Positions 38,447 to 48,681 of a stretch of 64,000 bases of DNA are shown here, one piece after another. The position numbers and the translations under genes are program-made. Within the stretch, counting starts at the first letter, position 1, and every line of letters starts with the position of its first letter. A model generated the notes under the pieces. It searched no databases, was not told the DNA's origin, and was given only the letters and a program-made list of their open reading frames with translations. Source of the DNA: an uncultured Solirubrobacterales bacterium (lineage in GTDB: Bacteria > Actinomycetota > Thermoleophilia > Solirubrobacterales > Solirubrobacteraceae); assembly GCA_963701035.1 (NCBI GenBank), contig OY969562.1, positions 1,491,459 to 1,555,458 of the forward strand, read 5' to 3'.

Positions 38447-39151
38447 TTACACAGCGCGCCGGCCGGCGAAGGCCTTGCCGAGCGTGACCTCGTCGGCGTA
38501 CTCGAGGTCCGAGCCGACCGGCAGGCCGCTGGCCAGGCGTGTGACCGTTAGCTCGGGAGCACGGACGCGGAGCTCCTCGGCGATGTGCAGCGCCGTCGTT
38601 TCGCCGGTCGTCGTCGGGTTCGTGGCGAGGATCACCTCGCGCACGGGCGGCCGCTCGCCGTCTAGAGCCCCCCCGTTCTCCCCCAGATTTGACTCTCCAT
38701 CGCCGACCCCGTTCGCCTCCGGTGCTCCTGCGGCCGGCATTGCCCCGCCGGGCGCCGCTCGGGAGAACAGCTCGGCGATGTGCAGGTCCTCGGGGTCGAT
38801 CCCGTCGATCGGGGAGAGCGCGCCGCCGAGCACGTGGTAGACGCCCGAGTACTCGTGCGTGCGCTCCATCGGGATCACGTCGGAGGGCTCCTCGACGACG
38901 CAGATCAGGCCGTGATCGCGGCGCGTGTCCTGGCAGATGCGGCAGCGCACCTCGTCGGTCAGGTTGAAGCAGACCTCGCAGAAGCCGATCTTCTCCTTCA
39001 CCTCGCGGATCGACTCGGCCAGCGCGACGGCGTCCTCGGGGGAGGAGCGGAGGATGTGGAAGGCGAGCCGCTGGGCTGTGCGGGAGCCGATCCCGGGGAG
39101 CTTCGAGAGCTCGGTCACTAGCCGCTGGACGGGCGGGGCGTAGCTGCTCAC
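38447..39151 (-). CDS. recR: Recombination protein RecR
   Basis: KLPGIG..TAQRLAF, C4 zinc finger, YHVLGG.LSP, EVILATNP. Confidence 0.97.
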   Translation of the reverse strand: MSSYAPPVQRLVTELSKLPGIGSRTAQRLAFHILRSSPEDAVALAESIREVKEKIGFCEVCFNLTDEVRCRICQDTRRDHGLICVVEEPSDVIPMERTHEYSGVYHVLGGALSPIDGIDPEDLHIAELFSRAAPGGAMPAAGAPEANGVGDGESNLGENGGALDGERPPVREVILATNPTTTGETTALHIAEELRVRAPELTVTRLASGLPVGSDLEYADEVTLGKAFAGRRAV

Positions 39152-39157
39152 GATCGA

Positions 39158-39511
39158 CTACAGGCCCGGTAGGCCGAGTCCCCCGCCGAGGCCCCCGAGG
39201 TCCAGGCCGCCGGTGGTCGCGCCGAGCTTGCTCGCGGCGAGCTCCTGGGCGGAGCGGAGCGCCTCGTTGACGGCGGCGAGGACCATGTCGGAGAGCATCT
39301 CCACGTCCTCGGGGTCGACCGCCGCGGGATCGATCTTCACCGCCTGGATCTGCAGGTCGCCAGAAATTTGAACCGTGACCATGCCACCGCCGGCGGAGGC
39401 CTCGACCGTCTCGTGCTTGAGCTCCTCCTGGGCGCTCTCCATGTCCTGCTGCATCTTCTGCACTTGCTGCATCATCTGCTGCATGTTCGGCATCCGCTGC
39501 TGCTTTGCCAT
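39158..39511 (-). CDS. ybaB: YbaB/EbfC nucleoid-associated protein
   Basis: MQQMMQQVQKMQ..ASAGGGMVTV..DMVLAAVNEA; lies between dnaX and recR. Confidence 0.95.
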   Translation of the reverse strand: MAKQQRMPNMQQMMQQVQKMQQDMESAQEELKHETVEASAGGGMVTVQISGDLQIQAVKIDPAAVDPEDVEMLSDMVLAAVNEALRSAQELAASKLGATTGGLDLGGLGGGLGLPGL

Positions 39512-41421
39512 CACGCCTCCTTCGGTTCGCTGTTGACGGACGCGTGCTCGCCGGCCGCGCCCCTGCCGCCGGGCTCCTGATCGCTGAGCAGCTCCTCGGC
39601 GTCGAACTCCTCCATGAAGCGCCGCACCCACTCCTCCTCGGTCGGCGCCTCTCCACCTGACGCGAGCTCCGCGTCGGCCTCGAGCAGCTCGTAGGAGAGC
39701 CGCCAGCGCCCGCCCGTGACCTGGCGCAGCGCCTCGGAGACGATCGCGCGGTTGTCGGGATGCTCGGCCTTCTTCTTCAGGAACGCCGCCGAGGAGGCGA
39801 AGGCGACGGTCAGATCCTCGCCATCCACCGCGGCCGGGCGCGCGTCTGCGATCAGGGCGCCGATCAGGGCGTTGTCGGCGCGCACGACGTCGATCACCGC
39901 CGGCCACACCGCGAGCAGGGAATCGAGGTCCGTCGCGGGGGTCGGCGTGGGCGCTGGCGCCGGCGCGGCGATCCCGTCGGGGGCCGATGTGGACTCAGGC
40001 GCCGCGGCGGAGGCGGGGGCAGAATCGGGCTCTGGTCCGGGGTCGGGCGCCGCGTCGAGGACGGGTCCGGGCGCGGACACGGGCGCGACCTCCGCCGGGG
40101 GTGCGGCGATCGCCTCGGGTGCGGCAGCGGCCGAGTCAACGGTGGCGTCGCTCCCGCCCCCACCCCCGGACACCTCCGGCGCTGCTGAATTCACGGCCGG
40201 CGCCGGCACCGTCCGCTCGGCGGCGACGGCCGAGACGGTGGGGACGCCGCGCTCGCGCTCCAGGCGCTCGATCCGGGCGAGCAGCGCCGGCGTCGAGGCG
40301 TCGATCGCGGGGCTCGCGGCCTTGACCAGGGCCAGCTCCAGTCGCGTGCGCGGGTCGGCGCCGGCGCGCACGCCCTCCAATGCTTCCCCGAGCAGCTCGA
40401 GCAGGCGCACGACGACGGCGCGGTCGACGCGCTCGGCCTGGGCGCGCAGGCGCGCATCGGCCTCCTCGGTCAGCGACAGTTCGGCGGGCAGCTCGCCGAG
40501 CGTCTGCACGACCAGCAGCTCGCGCGCGTGCACCTCGAGGTCGGAGGCGAACGAGCCGGCGTCGCGACCGCTCTCCACGCAGCGCTCCAGCGCGCGCAGC
40601 GCGCGACTGCCGTCGCCCGCGTCGACGGCGTCGACGAGCTCTTCGAGCAGGCCCGCGTCGGCCACGCCGAGCACCGCGAGCACGTCCGCGAGCACGATCT
40701 CCGGCCCGCTGTAGGTGAGCAGCTGCTCGAGCGTGCCGAGCGCGTCGCGGAAGGAGCCCGTCGCGGAGCGCGCGACGGCGGCGAGCGCCTCGGGGGGGAT
40801 CTCGATCGACTCGGCGGCGGCGGTGCGGCGCACGACCGAGGCGATCTGCTCGACCGTGGGGCGGTGGAAGTCGAAGCGGTGGCAGCGGTCGACGACCGTC
40901 GCGGGCACCTTCTGGGCCTCGGTCGTGGCGAGCACGAAGACCGTGTTCGGGGGCGGCTCCTCGAGCGTCTTCAGGAACGCGTTCCAGGCGGCCGTCGAGA
41001 GCATGTGGGCCTCGTCGAGGATGTACACCTTGCTGCGCCCCGAGACCGGCGAGTAGGCGACGCTCTCGCGCAGCTCGCGGATGTCGTCGACAGAGTTGTT
41101 CGAGGCGGCGTCCATCTCGATCACGTCGAGCGATGACGCGTGCGCGATCGAGATGCACGATTCGCACTCGCCGCAGGGGTCGATCGTCGGTCCGCGCTCG
41201 CAGTTCAGGCAGGCCGCGAGGATCTTCGCCATCGAGGTCTTCCCCGTCCCGCGCGAGCCGACGAACAGGTAGGCGTGGTGGACCTTCCCGCGCTGCACGG
41301 CGTTGCGCAGCGTGCGCACGACCGGCTCCTGGCCGACGACGTCGGCGAACGTACGGGGCCGGTGCCTGCGATAGAGAGATTGCGCTTGCTCGGCTTGCGC
41401 CTGTGGCTGGTCGATCGGCAC
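39511..41421 (-). CDS. dnaX: DNA polymerase III subunit gamma/tau
   Basis: LYRRHRP.TF..VVGQ, GSRGTGKT, IEMDAASNN, DEAHML; GTG start at 41421. Confidence 0.97.
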   Translation of the reverse strand: MPIDQPQAQAEQAQSLYRRHRPRTFADVVGQEPVVRTLRNAVQRGKVHHAYLFVGSRGTGKTSMAKILAACLNCERGPTIDPCGECESCISIAHASSLDVIEMDAASNNSVDDIRELRESVAYSPVSGRSKVYILDEAHMLSTAAWNAFLKTLEEPPPNTVFVLATTEAQKVPATVVDRCHRFDFHRPTVEQIASVVRRTAAAESIEIPPEALAAVARSATGSFRDALGTLEQLLTYSGPEIVLADVLAVLGVADAGLLEELVDAVDAGDGSRALRALERCVESGRDAGSFASDLEVHARELLVVQTLGELPAELSLTEEADARLRAQAERVDRAVVVRLLELLGEALEGVRAGADPRTRLELALVKAASPAIDASTPALLARIERLERERGVPTVSAVAAERTVPAPAVNSAAPEVSGGGGGSDATVDSAAAAPEAIAAPPAEVAPVSAPGPVLDAAPDPGPEPDSAPASAAAPESTSAPDGIAAPAPAPTPTPATDLDSLLAVWPAVIDVVRADNALIGALIADARPAAVDGEDLTVAFASSAAFLKKKAEHPDNRAIVSEALRQVTGGRWRLSYELLEADAELASGGEAPTEEEWVRRFMEEFDAEELLSDQEPGGRGAAGEHASVNSEPKEA

Positions 41422-41514
41422 CGTTGTCCTGAGTCTACCCACGGCCGCGGGGCGGCCGGGAGCCGTTCGGGCAGGGTACGCCGGGGACGCTTGGACCGGA
41501 TAGCGTGCTCGTCC

Positions 41515-43011
41515 GTGAGAGCCCGGATCGAGAACTTCCCGGCCCGCCTCGTGGCCCCGCTCGCGATCGCCGCGGGGGCCGTCGTGCTGTGGGTGGCGGC
41601 CGGCGTCGGCTTCGCGAACTACGACACGCTCTACGCGCTCGCCTGGGGCGGTCAGCTGGCGCGGGGCGAAACGCCCCAGTACGGGATCCCGATCGCGCCG
41701 ACACCGCACCCGCTCGTGGAGGTGCTCGGGGTGGTGCTCTCGCCGCTGTCGCCGGGCGCGATCGAAGGCGTGACGGTCGCGCTCGGCTTCCTCGCGCTGT
41801 CGGCGTGCGGGTGGGTGCTCTACCGCCTCGGCTCGCTCTGGTTCGGCCGCGCGGCCGGGGCGCTCGCGGCGCTGATCCTGCTCACGCGCGTGCCTGTCCT
41901 CTCCTACGGCGTGCGCGCGTACGTCGACATCCCCTATCTGCTGCTCGTGCTCTGCGCGCTGCTCGTCGAGGCGCGGCACCGGCGTGCGGGCGCACCGGTG
42001 CTGGCGCTGCTTGCGCTCGCCGGGCTGCTGCGGCCGGAGGCGTGGGTGTTCTCGGGGCTCTACTGGCTGTATCTGATGGGTCTCACGCCCCGCTGGGCGT
42101 ATAGCTCAGTGAGAGACCGCTCGCTTCACACGCGACAGGTCGCGGGTTCGAAACTGCGCACCCGCGGCGCGGTCGTGCGCCTGACGCTGCTGGCGGCAGC
42201 CGCGCCCCTCGTTTGGGTGGCGAGCGACTGGCTGGTGACCGGGCATCCGCTGTGGTCGTTGACGAACACGCGGCACACGGCCGAAACGCTCGATCGCATC
42301 ACCGGGATCGCGAACGTGCCCGAGTACATCCCGCGGCGGATCGGCGAGATCCTCAGCCCGCCGGTGCTCGCCGGCGCGGCGCTCGGCGGGGTGATGTCGC
42401 TGTGGCTTTTGCCGCGGCGGGCGCGTCTTGGTGCGGTTGTCGGGGTCATCGCGGTGCTCGTGTTCGCGGCCTTCGCGACAGCCGGGCTGCCGATCAACAC
42501 GCGCTACGCGTTCCTGGCCGCGGCGATCCTCTGCGTCTTCTGCGGCGCCGGCGTATTCGGCTGGACGCGTCTCCCGCGCGAGGACCCGCGCCGGCGCTGG
42601 TGGATGGCTGCCGGCGCGCTCGTGCTCGTGGGCCTCCTCGCCTACATCCCCACCCAGTACCGCACGGCGCACAAAGAACTGACGAAACTGGCGCGCCAGG
42701 AAACGTTCCAGAACGAGCTCGTGGCGCTCGTCGAAGACGGCTCGATCACACGTCGCTGCGAGCCCGTGGGAGTGCCGAACCATGCCCCGATCCCGCTGTT
42801 GGCGCTGTACCTAAAGACCAGCCCGAGCAAGATCGTGAGCGCCGAAGCCGGCCCGATCGCCCACGGTTCTTATGTCGACCCGGCGAGCAAGGAAGTCGAA
42901 GACGACTACGTGCTCGACCCCCACGACCCGCACCTGCCCGTCGAGGTGCCGCCGGGGTTCACCGAGGCGCACGCGAACAGCGCCTGGTTCATCTTCGAGC
43001 ACTGCCCGTAG
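41515..43011 (+). CDS. Integral membrane protein, probable GT-C-type glycosyltransferase
   Basis: Multiple TM helices, NYDTLYAL.WG, LLRPEAW; start GTG 41515. Confidence 0.7.
   Translation: MRARIENFPARLVAPLAIAAGAVVLWVAAGVGFANYDTLYALAWGGQLARGETPQYGIPIAPTPHPLVEVLGVVLSPLSPGAIEGVTVALGFLALSACGWVLYRLGSLWFGRAAGALAALILLTRVPVLSYGVRAYVDIPYLLLVLCALLVEARHRRAGAPVLALLALAGLLRPEAWVFSGLYWLYLMGLTPRWAYSSVRDRSLHTRQVAGSKLRTRGAVVRLTLLAAAAPLVWVASDWLVTGHPLWSLTNTRHTAETLDRITGIANVPEYIPRRIGEILSPPVLAGAALGGVMSLWLLPRRARLGAVVGVIAVLVFAAFATAGLPINTRYAFLAAAILCVFCGAGVFGWTRLPREDPRRRWWMAAGALVLVGLLAYIPTQYRTAHKELTKLARQETFQNELVALVEDGSITRRCEPVGVPNHAPIPLLALYLKTSPSKIVSAEAGPIAHGSYVDPASKEVEDDYVLDPHDPHLPVEVPPGFTEAHANSAWFIFEHCP
42095..42164 (+). 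pseudogene. Degenerate tRNA-Val(CAC) copy embedded in frame in a CDS
   Basis: 54 of the first 60 nt identical to the tRNA at 50515; acceptor and T stems are broken. Confidence 0.8.
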
Positions 43012-43049
43012 GAAGTCACGATCTGGGCTCTTGACGTCCTGAACTAGAG

Positions 43050-44159
43050 TCAATCGACCAGCAAATGTGCGCCGGGCCCCGGGCGCACTTCGCGCGCATC
43101 GGATGGGACCGGGACATCCGGCGCGAACAGGCCGAGCACGCTGCCGCCGAAGCCACCGCCCATCAGCCGCGCGCCCGCGGCGCCGTCCTCGCGCAGCTGG
43201 GTGACGGCGCGCTCGACCGTCGGCGTCGAGACCTCGTAGAGGTCGCGCAGGCTCGCGTGGGAGGCGTCGAGCAGCGCGCCGACGGCGGGCAGGTCCTCCG
43301 CGCGCAGCGCCGCGACGGCCTCCCCGACCCGTTCGTTTTCGCCGAGCACGTGCTCGGCGCGGGCCCGCAGCGGCTGCGGCAGGCCGGCCACGGCCGTGGC
43401 GCTCGCGTCGCGTAGCGAGTCGAGGCCCAGCAGCTCGCACGCGCGCTCGCACTGCGCGCGGCGCTCGTTGTAGCCGGAGCTCGCGTTCGCGTGCTGCTCG
43501 CCGGAGTCGACGACGACGAACCGCCAGCCCCCGAGCCACAGCGGCACCGGCTCGATCTCGAGCGTGCGGAAGTCGATCCGCACGGCCGTGTCGGGCGCAC
43601 CGTAGAGGGAGGCGAGCTGGTCGAGCATCCCCGTCTGCGCCCCGGCCCAGTCGTTCTCTACACGCGCGCACAGGCGCGCGAGCGCGATCCGGTCGAGCGG
43701 CGTCCGCCCCTCCGGCCCCGGCAATGCTTCGATGGGCGTGCGCGACCCGTCCCCAGCCGCACTCGAGGCGAGCTCCGAGAGGGCGAGGCACAGGGCGACC
43801 TCGAGCGCCGCCGAGGAGGACAGGCCCGCGCCCCGCTCGAGATCGCCGCCGATCTCCAGGCGCGCGCCCACCAGCGGAACGCCGGCTCGCCGCAGCTCGG
43901 CGGCGGCGCCCCGCACGAATGCGCGCCAGCCCTCCGTGGGGGAGATCTCGGCGAGATTGAACTCGTCCAGCTCGTCGAGGTCGCGCGCGTGAGCGTAGAT
44001 GCGTTGGGCGCCGGGCGAGTCCGGCTCGGCCGGCGCCGCGCGCACGACCACGCCCTCGGCGATCGCGAACGGGAGCGCGAGGCCCTGGTTGTAGTCGGTG
44101 TGCTCGCCGATCAGGTTCACGCGCCCGGGCGCGAACGCGGCCGCGCGCTCACGTCGCAC
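43050..44159 (-). CDS. galK: Galactokinase
   Basis: GRVNLIGEHTDYN, GAGLSSSAALE, GARLMGGGFGG. Confidence 0.95.
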   Translation of the reverse strand: MRRERAAAFAPGRVNLIGEHTDYNQGLALPFAIAEGVVVRAAPAEPDSPGAQRIYAHARDLDELDEFNLAEISPTEGWRAFVRGAAAELRRAGVPLVGARLEIGGDLERGAGLSSSAALEVALCLALSELASSAAGDGSRTPIEALPGPEGRTPLDRIALARLCARVENDWAGAQTGMLDQLASLYGAPDTAVRIDFRTLEIEPVPLWLGGWRFVVVDSGEQHANASSGYNERRAQCERACELLGLDSLRDASATAVAGLPQPLRARAEHVLGENERVGEAVAALRAEDLPAVGALLDASHASLRDLYEVSTPTVERAVTQLREDGAAGARLMGGGFGGSVLGLFAPDVPVPSDAREVRPGPGAHLLVD

Positions 44160-45066
44160 GCAGGATCGCCTCGCCGAGGCTGGCGGCGGACTCCTCGGGG
44201 AGCACGTCGGAGATGAACGTGCCCGCGCCCTGCTCGGAGCCGGCGAGGTACTTGAGCTTCTCCGCGGTGCGCAGCGGCGGATAGAACTCGACGTGCAGAT
44301 GCCCCGCCCCCGCGGACGGACCGGTGGTCGGAGCCTGGTGGACGACCATCACGTAGGGGAAGGGCCGGTCGAACAGCATGTCGTACCCGCGCGCGAGCGC
44401 CTGCAGCCCCGCGGCGAGCAGGCGCAGCTCATCGGCCTCGCAGGCGAGCAGGCTCGGGCGGTGCTCGCGCAGCACCACGTGGGCTTCGTAGGGCCAGCGC
44501 GCCGCATACGGGATGTAGGCGACTACGGCCTCGTTCTCGTAGACGATTCGCCGTCCATCCTCGAGCTCGCGGCGCAGCAGCGCGCACGGCGCGCAGCCGC
44601 CCAGGCGCGCGTCGGCGGCGAGCTCGAGCCTCGGCACGGGCGGCAGGAACGGGTAGCCGTAGATCTGCCCGTGGGGATGGTGCAGCGTCACGCCGACCTC
44701 GACCCCGCGGTTCTCGAAGATCATCACGTACTCCACGTCCGCCCTGGCGCCGAGCTCCTGGTAGCGCTCGCGCCAGACCCACATCAGCGCCTCGGCGCGC
44801 TCGGGCGCGAGCGTCCCGAACGAGTCGTCGTGACGATCCGTGTACACGACCACCTCCGCCGCCCCGCGCGGCGCCTCGAAGGCGGGGAAGCGGTTCTCGA
44901 ACACCGCGATCTCGAACGCGGGAAACGGGATCTCCGTCTCCTCCCCGCCCGGCCGGGTCGGACACAGCGGGCAGTGCTCGCGCGCGGGCAGGAACGTACG
45001 GTCCTGACGGTGGATCGCGTAGACGACCGGCTCGTCGCGCAACTCGTTGCGGCGCTCCTCGCTCAT
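44149..45066 (-). CDS. galT: Galactose-1-phosphate uridylyltransferase
   Basis: CPLCP, FENRFP, ENRG..GVTLHHPHGQ. Confidence 0.95.
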   Translation of the reverse strand: MSEERRNELRDEPVVYAIHRQDRTFLPAREHCPLCPTRPGGEETEIPFPAFEIAVFENRFPAFEAPRGAAEVVVYTDRHDDSFGTLAPERAEALMWVWRERYQELGARADVEYVMIFENRGVEVGVTLHHPHGQIYGYPFLPPVPRLELAADARLGGCAPCALLRRELEDGRRIVYENEAVVAYIPYAARWPYEAHVVLREHRPSLLACEADELRLLAAGLQALARGYDMLFDRPFPYVMVVHQAPTTGPSAGAGHLHVEFYPPLRTAEKLKYLAGSEQGAGTFISDVLPEESAASLGEAILRAT

Positions 45067-45248
45067 TCGCGCGCGGAGCCCTCGTTTGCGGATCCTCCGT
45101 CCGTGGATCTCCCCTGCGTGTAGAGGATCAGCGCGCGGCCATCCCCTTTCACGTAGCGCCTGAACCTGAGCGGCCCGTAGGCCTCGGGCTCGACCGGATC
45201 ATTTCCGGAACTTGCGGAAAGGGAGGCGTCCTCGTCGGGGAAAGCCAT
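45063..45248 (-). CDS. Small hypothetical protein
   Basis: 61 aa (..RYVKGDGRALILY..); its stop overlaps the galT start. Confidence 0.45.
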   Translation of the reverse strand: MAFPDEDASLSASSGNDPVEPEAYGPLRFRRYVKGDGRALILYTQGRSTDGGSANEGSARE

Positions 45249-45423
45249 TGATCGAGGGTATACCCTTGTGTGAGAAGACACGAACAGGGCAGATTGGAGC
45301 AATGTGGATTGCCCAGATAGTTGTTTGGGTAACAAACTCGGGAGAACAAACACACAAGACTCAGGGACTCAGTCAAGGGCGCCGCTGGTCACGGTGTCCT
45401 CAATGCACGAGGAGGAGGATCAA

Positions 45424-46560
45424 ATGTCAGAGATCGATCAGGCAGCCGGGACGAAGGGGAGTCTCGAGCACGTCGACGCGCCGGAGATCGCCAAACGCGG
45501 CATCGACCGCCGCTCGTTTCTACAGCGCACCGCGCTGACCGGGGTGGCGGCCGGCTCGGTGGGGACGCTGCTCAGCGCCTGTGGCTCGAATTCCTCGAGC
45601 GCCAGCAGCGGTGGGAGCAACGTATTCGGGTCGACCCCGAACTACAAATTCGTGATCGTCAACCACGTCACGACCAACCCGTTCTTCACGCCCACGCAGT
45701 ACGGCGCGGCGGACGCCTGCAAGCTGCTCGGCTGCTCCTACCAGTGGACCGGCTCGGAATCGAGCAACGTCAGCCAGATGGTCTCGGCGCTCAACACCGC
45801 CGTCACCGGCGGCGCCGACGGGATCGCGATCTCGCTGATCGACCTGCACGCGTTCAACGCGCCGGTCGAAGCCGCGCTCAAGGCGGGCATCCCCGTGGTC
45901 GCCTACAACGCCGACGCGCCCACCAACAAGCGCCTCTCCTACATCGGGCAGAACCTCGAAAAGGCCGGCGAACTGCTCGGCGAACGGATCGTCGCCGACG
46001 TCGGCTCGGGGGACGTGGCGCTGTTCATCGCCACTCCGGGCGCGGCCAACTTGCAGCCACGCCTGGAAGGAGCGCTCAAGGCGATCAAAGCCTCGGGTAA
46101 GCCGATCACGCCGCACACGGTCGCGACCGGCGCCGCCGTCCCGGCCGAGCTCTCGACGATCGACGCGTACTGGGTGGGCCACCCGAGCACGAAGGGCATG
46201 TACTCCTTCGACGGCGGCTCGACCGAAAGCCTCGCGAAAGTGATGCAGAAGTACGGCCTCCCCGCCAAGGGGATCAAGGCCGGCGGCTTCGACCTCACCG
46301 AAGAGACGCAGAAGTTGCTGCAGGAAGGGAACATCGAATTCACGATCGATCAGCAGCCCTACCAGCAGGGGTTCCTGCCGATCCTCCAGCTGTTCTTCTG
46401 GAGGGCCTCCGGCTCGCTCAGCGGACCCGCGGAAGTCGACACGGGTCTGAAGTTCATCGATAAAGAAACCGTCGTTCCCTACGTCGAATCGAAATCCCGC
46501 TACGAGGGCACCTCCACCGAAGCGAAAGTCATCCCGATCAAGGCCGGTACGGCCGCCTGA
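45424..46560 (+). CDS. Sugar ABC transporter substrate-binding protein (Tat/lipoprotein)
   Basis: IDRRSFL twin-arginine signal, LSAC lipobox, periplasmic binding protein type 1 features. Confidence 0.9.
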   Translation: MSEIDQAAGTKGSLEHVDAPEIAKRGIDRRSFLQRTALTGVAAGSVGTLLSACGSNSSSASSGGSNVFGSTPNYKFVIVNHVTTNPFFTPTQYGAADACKLLGCSYQWTGSESSNVSQMVSALNTAVTGGADGIAISLIDLHAFNAPVEAALKAGIPVVAYNADAPTNKRLSYIGQNLEKAGELLGERIVADVGSGDVALFIATPGAANLQPRLEGALKAIKASGKPITPHTVATGAAVPAELSTIDAYWVGHPSTKGMYSFDGGSTESLAKVMQKYGLPAKGIKAGGFDLTEETQKLLQEGNIEFTIDQQPYQQGFLPILQLFFWRASGSLSGPAEVDTGLKFIDKETVVPYVESKSRYEGTSTEAKVIPIKAGTAA

Positions 46561-46562
46561 TC

Positions 46563-47762
46563 ATGGCGAGCAGCAGCACCGGACCCGCCATCCCCGCTCC
46601 CTCGCCCTCGGGCGGGGACAGCGCGGGGACAGGCGCGGGCGGTCTGGGCGGGACGGGGACGGGCACGGGCGGCGGGGGGACGGGCACGCGCAGGCACGGC
46701 GTCACCCTCACCGGCGAGGACGGCCTGCTCTCGCGCGTGCTGGCGTTGCGCGAGGGCAGCATCATCGTCGTCACGGTCGTCGTCGCGATCTACTTCGCGC
46801 TGAACACGTCGAGCTTCTTCACCTCGGCGAACTTCAAGACGCTGCTGCCGTACTTCGCGCCGTTCGCGATCCTCGGGGCGGGCGAGGTGTTCGTGATGAT
46901 CCTCGGCGAGATCGACCTCTCGATCGGCGGCACGTATCTGCTCGCCCCGTATCTCTTCTACAAGCTCTCCGCGACCGTCGGCCTGCCGCTCGTCCCGGCC
47001 GTGATCGTCGCGCTGATCGCCTGTATGGCGGTCGGCCTGATCAACGGCTTCTTCACGGCGATCGTCGGCATCAGCTCGTTCGTGGTCACGCTCGGCATGC
47101 TGTTCGCGCTGGAGGGGCTGACGCTGGTGATCTCCCACGGCGAGCCCGTCGAGACGCCCGGCGCCCAGGTGCACGCGACCACCCGCGAGGTCACCCATGT
47201 GGTCAACGGCGTGCAGATCCACCTCCCCGAACAGGTCAACCACATCAGCACGTTCGCGAAAATCTTCGGCGCCGGCATCTACTCGGAGCTGATCTGGGCG
47301 CTCGTGATCGTGATCGTCCTGCAGATCGTGCTGACGTTCACGCGCTGGGGCCTGCACACGGTCGCGGTCGGCTCGAACAAGCTCGGCGCCGGCGAGGCCG
47401 GGGTGCACGTGAAGCTGGTGATGATCCGCAACTTCGTCCTCTGCGCCACCGCCGGCGGCCTCGTCGGGATCCTCGAGGCGGTGCGCTCGTCCTCGGTCCA
47501 GCCCGACACGGCCGGCGCCAACGAAATCCTCTTCTACGGGATCTCCGCCGCGGTGATCGGCGGCACGCTGCTCGCCGGCGGCTCCGGCACCGTCGTCGGC
47601 GCCCTGATCGGGGCGCTGTTCCTCGGCGTTCTCAAGGACGGCCTGATCCTGCAGGGCGTCAACGCGAACTACCTGCTGCTCTACCTCGGCCTCGCGATCA
47701 TCATCGCGATGACCGTCAACGTCTACGTCCAACGCGTACGCAGGGGGAGCCACAGTGCCTGA
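46563..47762 (+). CDS. Sugar ABC transporter permease
   Basis: GEIDLSIG, SSFVVTLGM, AAVIGGTLL.GGSG. Confidence 0.92.
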   Translation: MASSSTGPAIPAPSPSGGDSAGTGAGGLGGTGTGTGGGGTGTRRHGVTLTGEDGLLSRVLALREGSIIVVTVVVAIYFALNTSSFFTSANFKTLLPYFAPFAILGAGEVFVMILGEIDLSIGGTYLLAPYLFYKLSATVGLPLVPAVIVALIACMAVGLINGFFTAIVGISSFVVTLGMLFALEGLTLVISHGEPVETPGAQVHATTREVTHVVNGVQIHLPEQVNHISTFAKIFGAGIYSELIWALVIVIVLQIVLTFTRWGLHTVAVGSNKLGAGEAGVHVKLVMIRNFVLCATAGGLVGILEAVRSSSVQPDTAGANEILFYGISAAVIGGTLLAGGSGTVVGALIGALFLGVLKDGLILQGVNANYLLLYLGLAIIIAMTVNVYVQRVRRGSHSA

Positions 47763-47821
47763 CGCAGAGCTTCACAGGGAGAGAACCGTCCCCAATATCG
47801 AGGTCCGTCCGGGAGGTCAGG

Positions 47822-48667
47822 ATGCCTGATGCGGTCGGGAGCGAGCCGGAGGTGGTTCAGCCGACCTCGGCGAGCGACGATGTGCTGCGCGTCGAGCACC
47901 TGAGCAAGCGCTTTGGCCCGGTCACGGCGCTGCGCGACATCAGCCTGCACCTGCGCAAGGGCGAGGTGCTCGGCCTGCTCGGCGACAACGGCGCGGGCAA
48001 GTCGACCTTGATCAAGATCCTCTCCGGCTTTCAAAAGCAGGACGGCGGCGAGATGTTCCTGCACGGTGAGCCCTACGCGCCAAAAGGCGTGGATGACGCC
48101 CGCTCGAAAGGGATCGACACCGTCTACCAGGACCTCGCCCTGATCGACGAACTCTCCGTCTACCACAACCTCTTCCTGCGTCGCGAGCTCGTGCACAAGC
48201 CGCTGCCGTTCCTCGCCAACCGCGAGATGAAGCGTCAGGCGCGTACCGCGCTCGACGAGATCGGGATCAACATCCCCCGGATCGACGTCGCTGTCGCGCG
48301 CCTCTCCGGCGGCCAGCGCCAGGCGATCGCGGTCGCGCGGACGGTCAACGGCGACGCGGACATCATCCTGCTGGACGAGCCGTTGGCCGCGATGGGCGCC
48401 AAGGAGGGCTCGATGATCCTCGACCTCGTCGCGCGCCTGAAGGCGGAGGGCAAGGTCTCGATCATCATGATCCTCCACAACTACGTCCACGTCCTGCAGG
48501 CCTGCGACCGCGTCTCGATGATCCAGGAGGGCGTGATCGCGCTCGACAAGCCCACCGCCGAGACCTCGGTCGAGGAGCTCACCGACATCGTCGTCAACGA
48601 GTACCGCCGCGCGCGCGAAGAAACACACGCCGAAGCCGCACATGGGCCGGCAGGCGCTAGGCCCTAA
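47822..48667 (+). CDS. Sugar ABC transporter ATP-binding protein (single NBD)
   Basis: GDNGAGKS, LSGGQRQ, LLDEP. Confidence 0.95.
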   Translation: MPDAVGSEPEVVQPTSASDDVLRVEHLSKRFGPVTALRDISLHLRKGEVLGLLGDNGAGKSTLIKILSGFQKQDGGEMFLHGEPYAPKGVDDARSKGIDTVYQDLALIDELSVYHNLFLRRELVHKPLPFLANREMKRQARTALDEIGINIPRIDVAVARLSGGQRQAIAVARTVNGDADIILLDEPLAAMGAKEGSMILDLVARLKAEGKVSIIMILHNYVHVLQACDRVSMIQEGVIALDKPTAETSVEELTDIVVNEYRRAREETHAEAAHGPAGARP

Positions 48668-48681
48668 GGAAGTTGTTGTAC

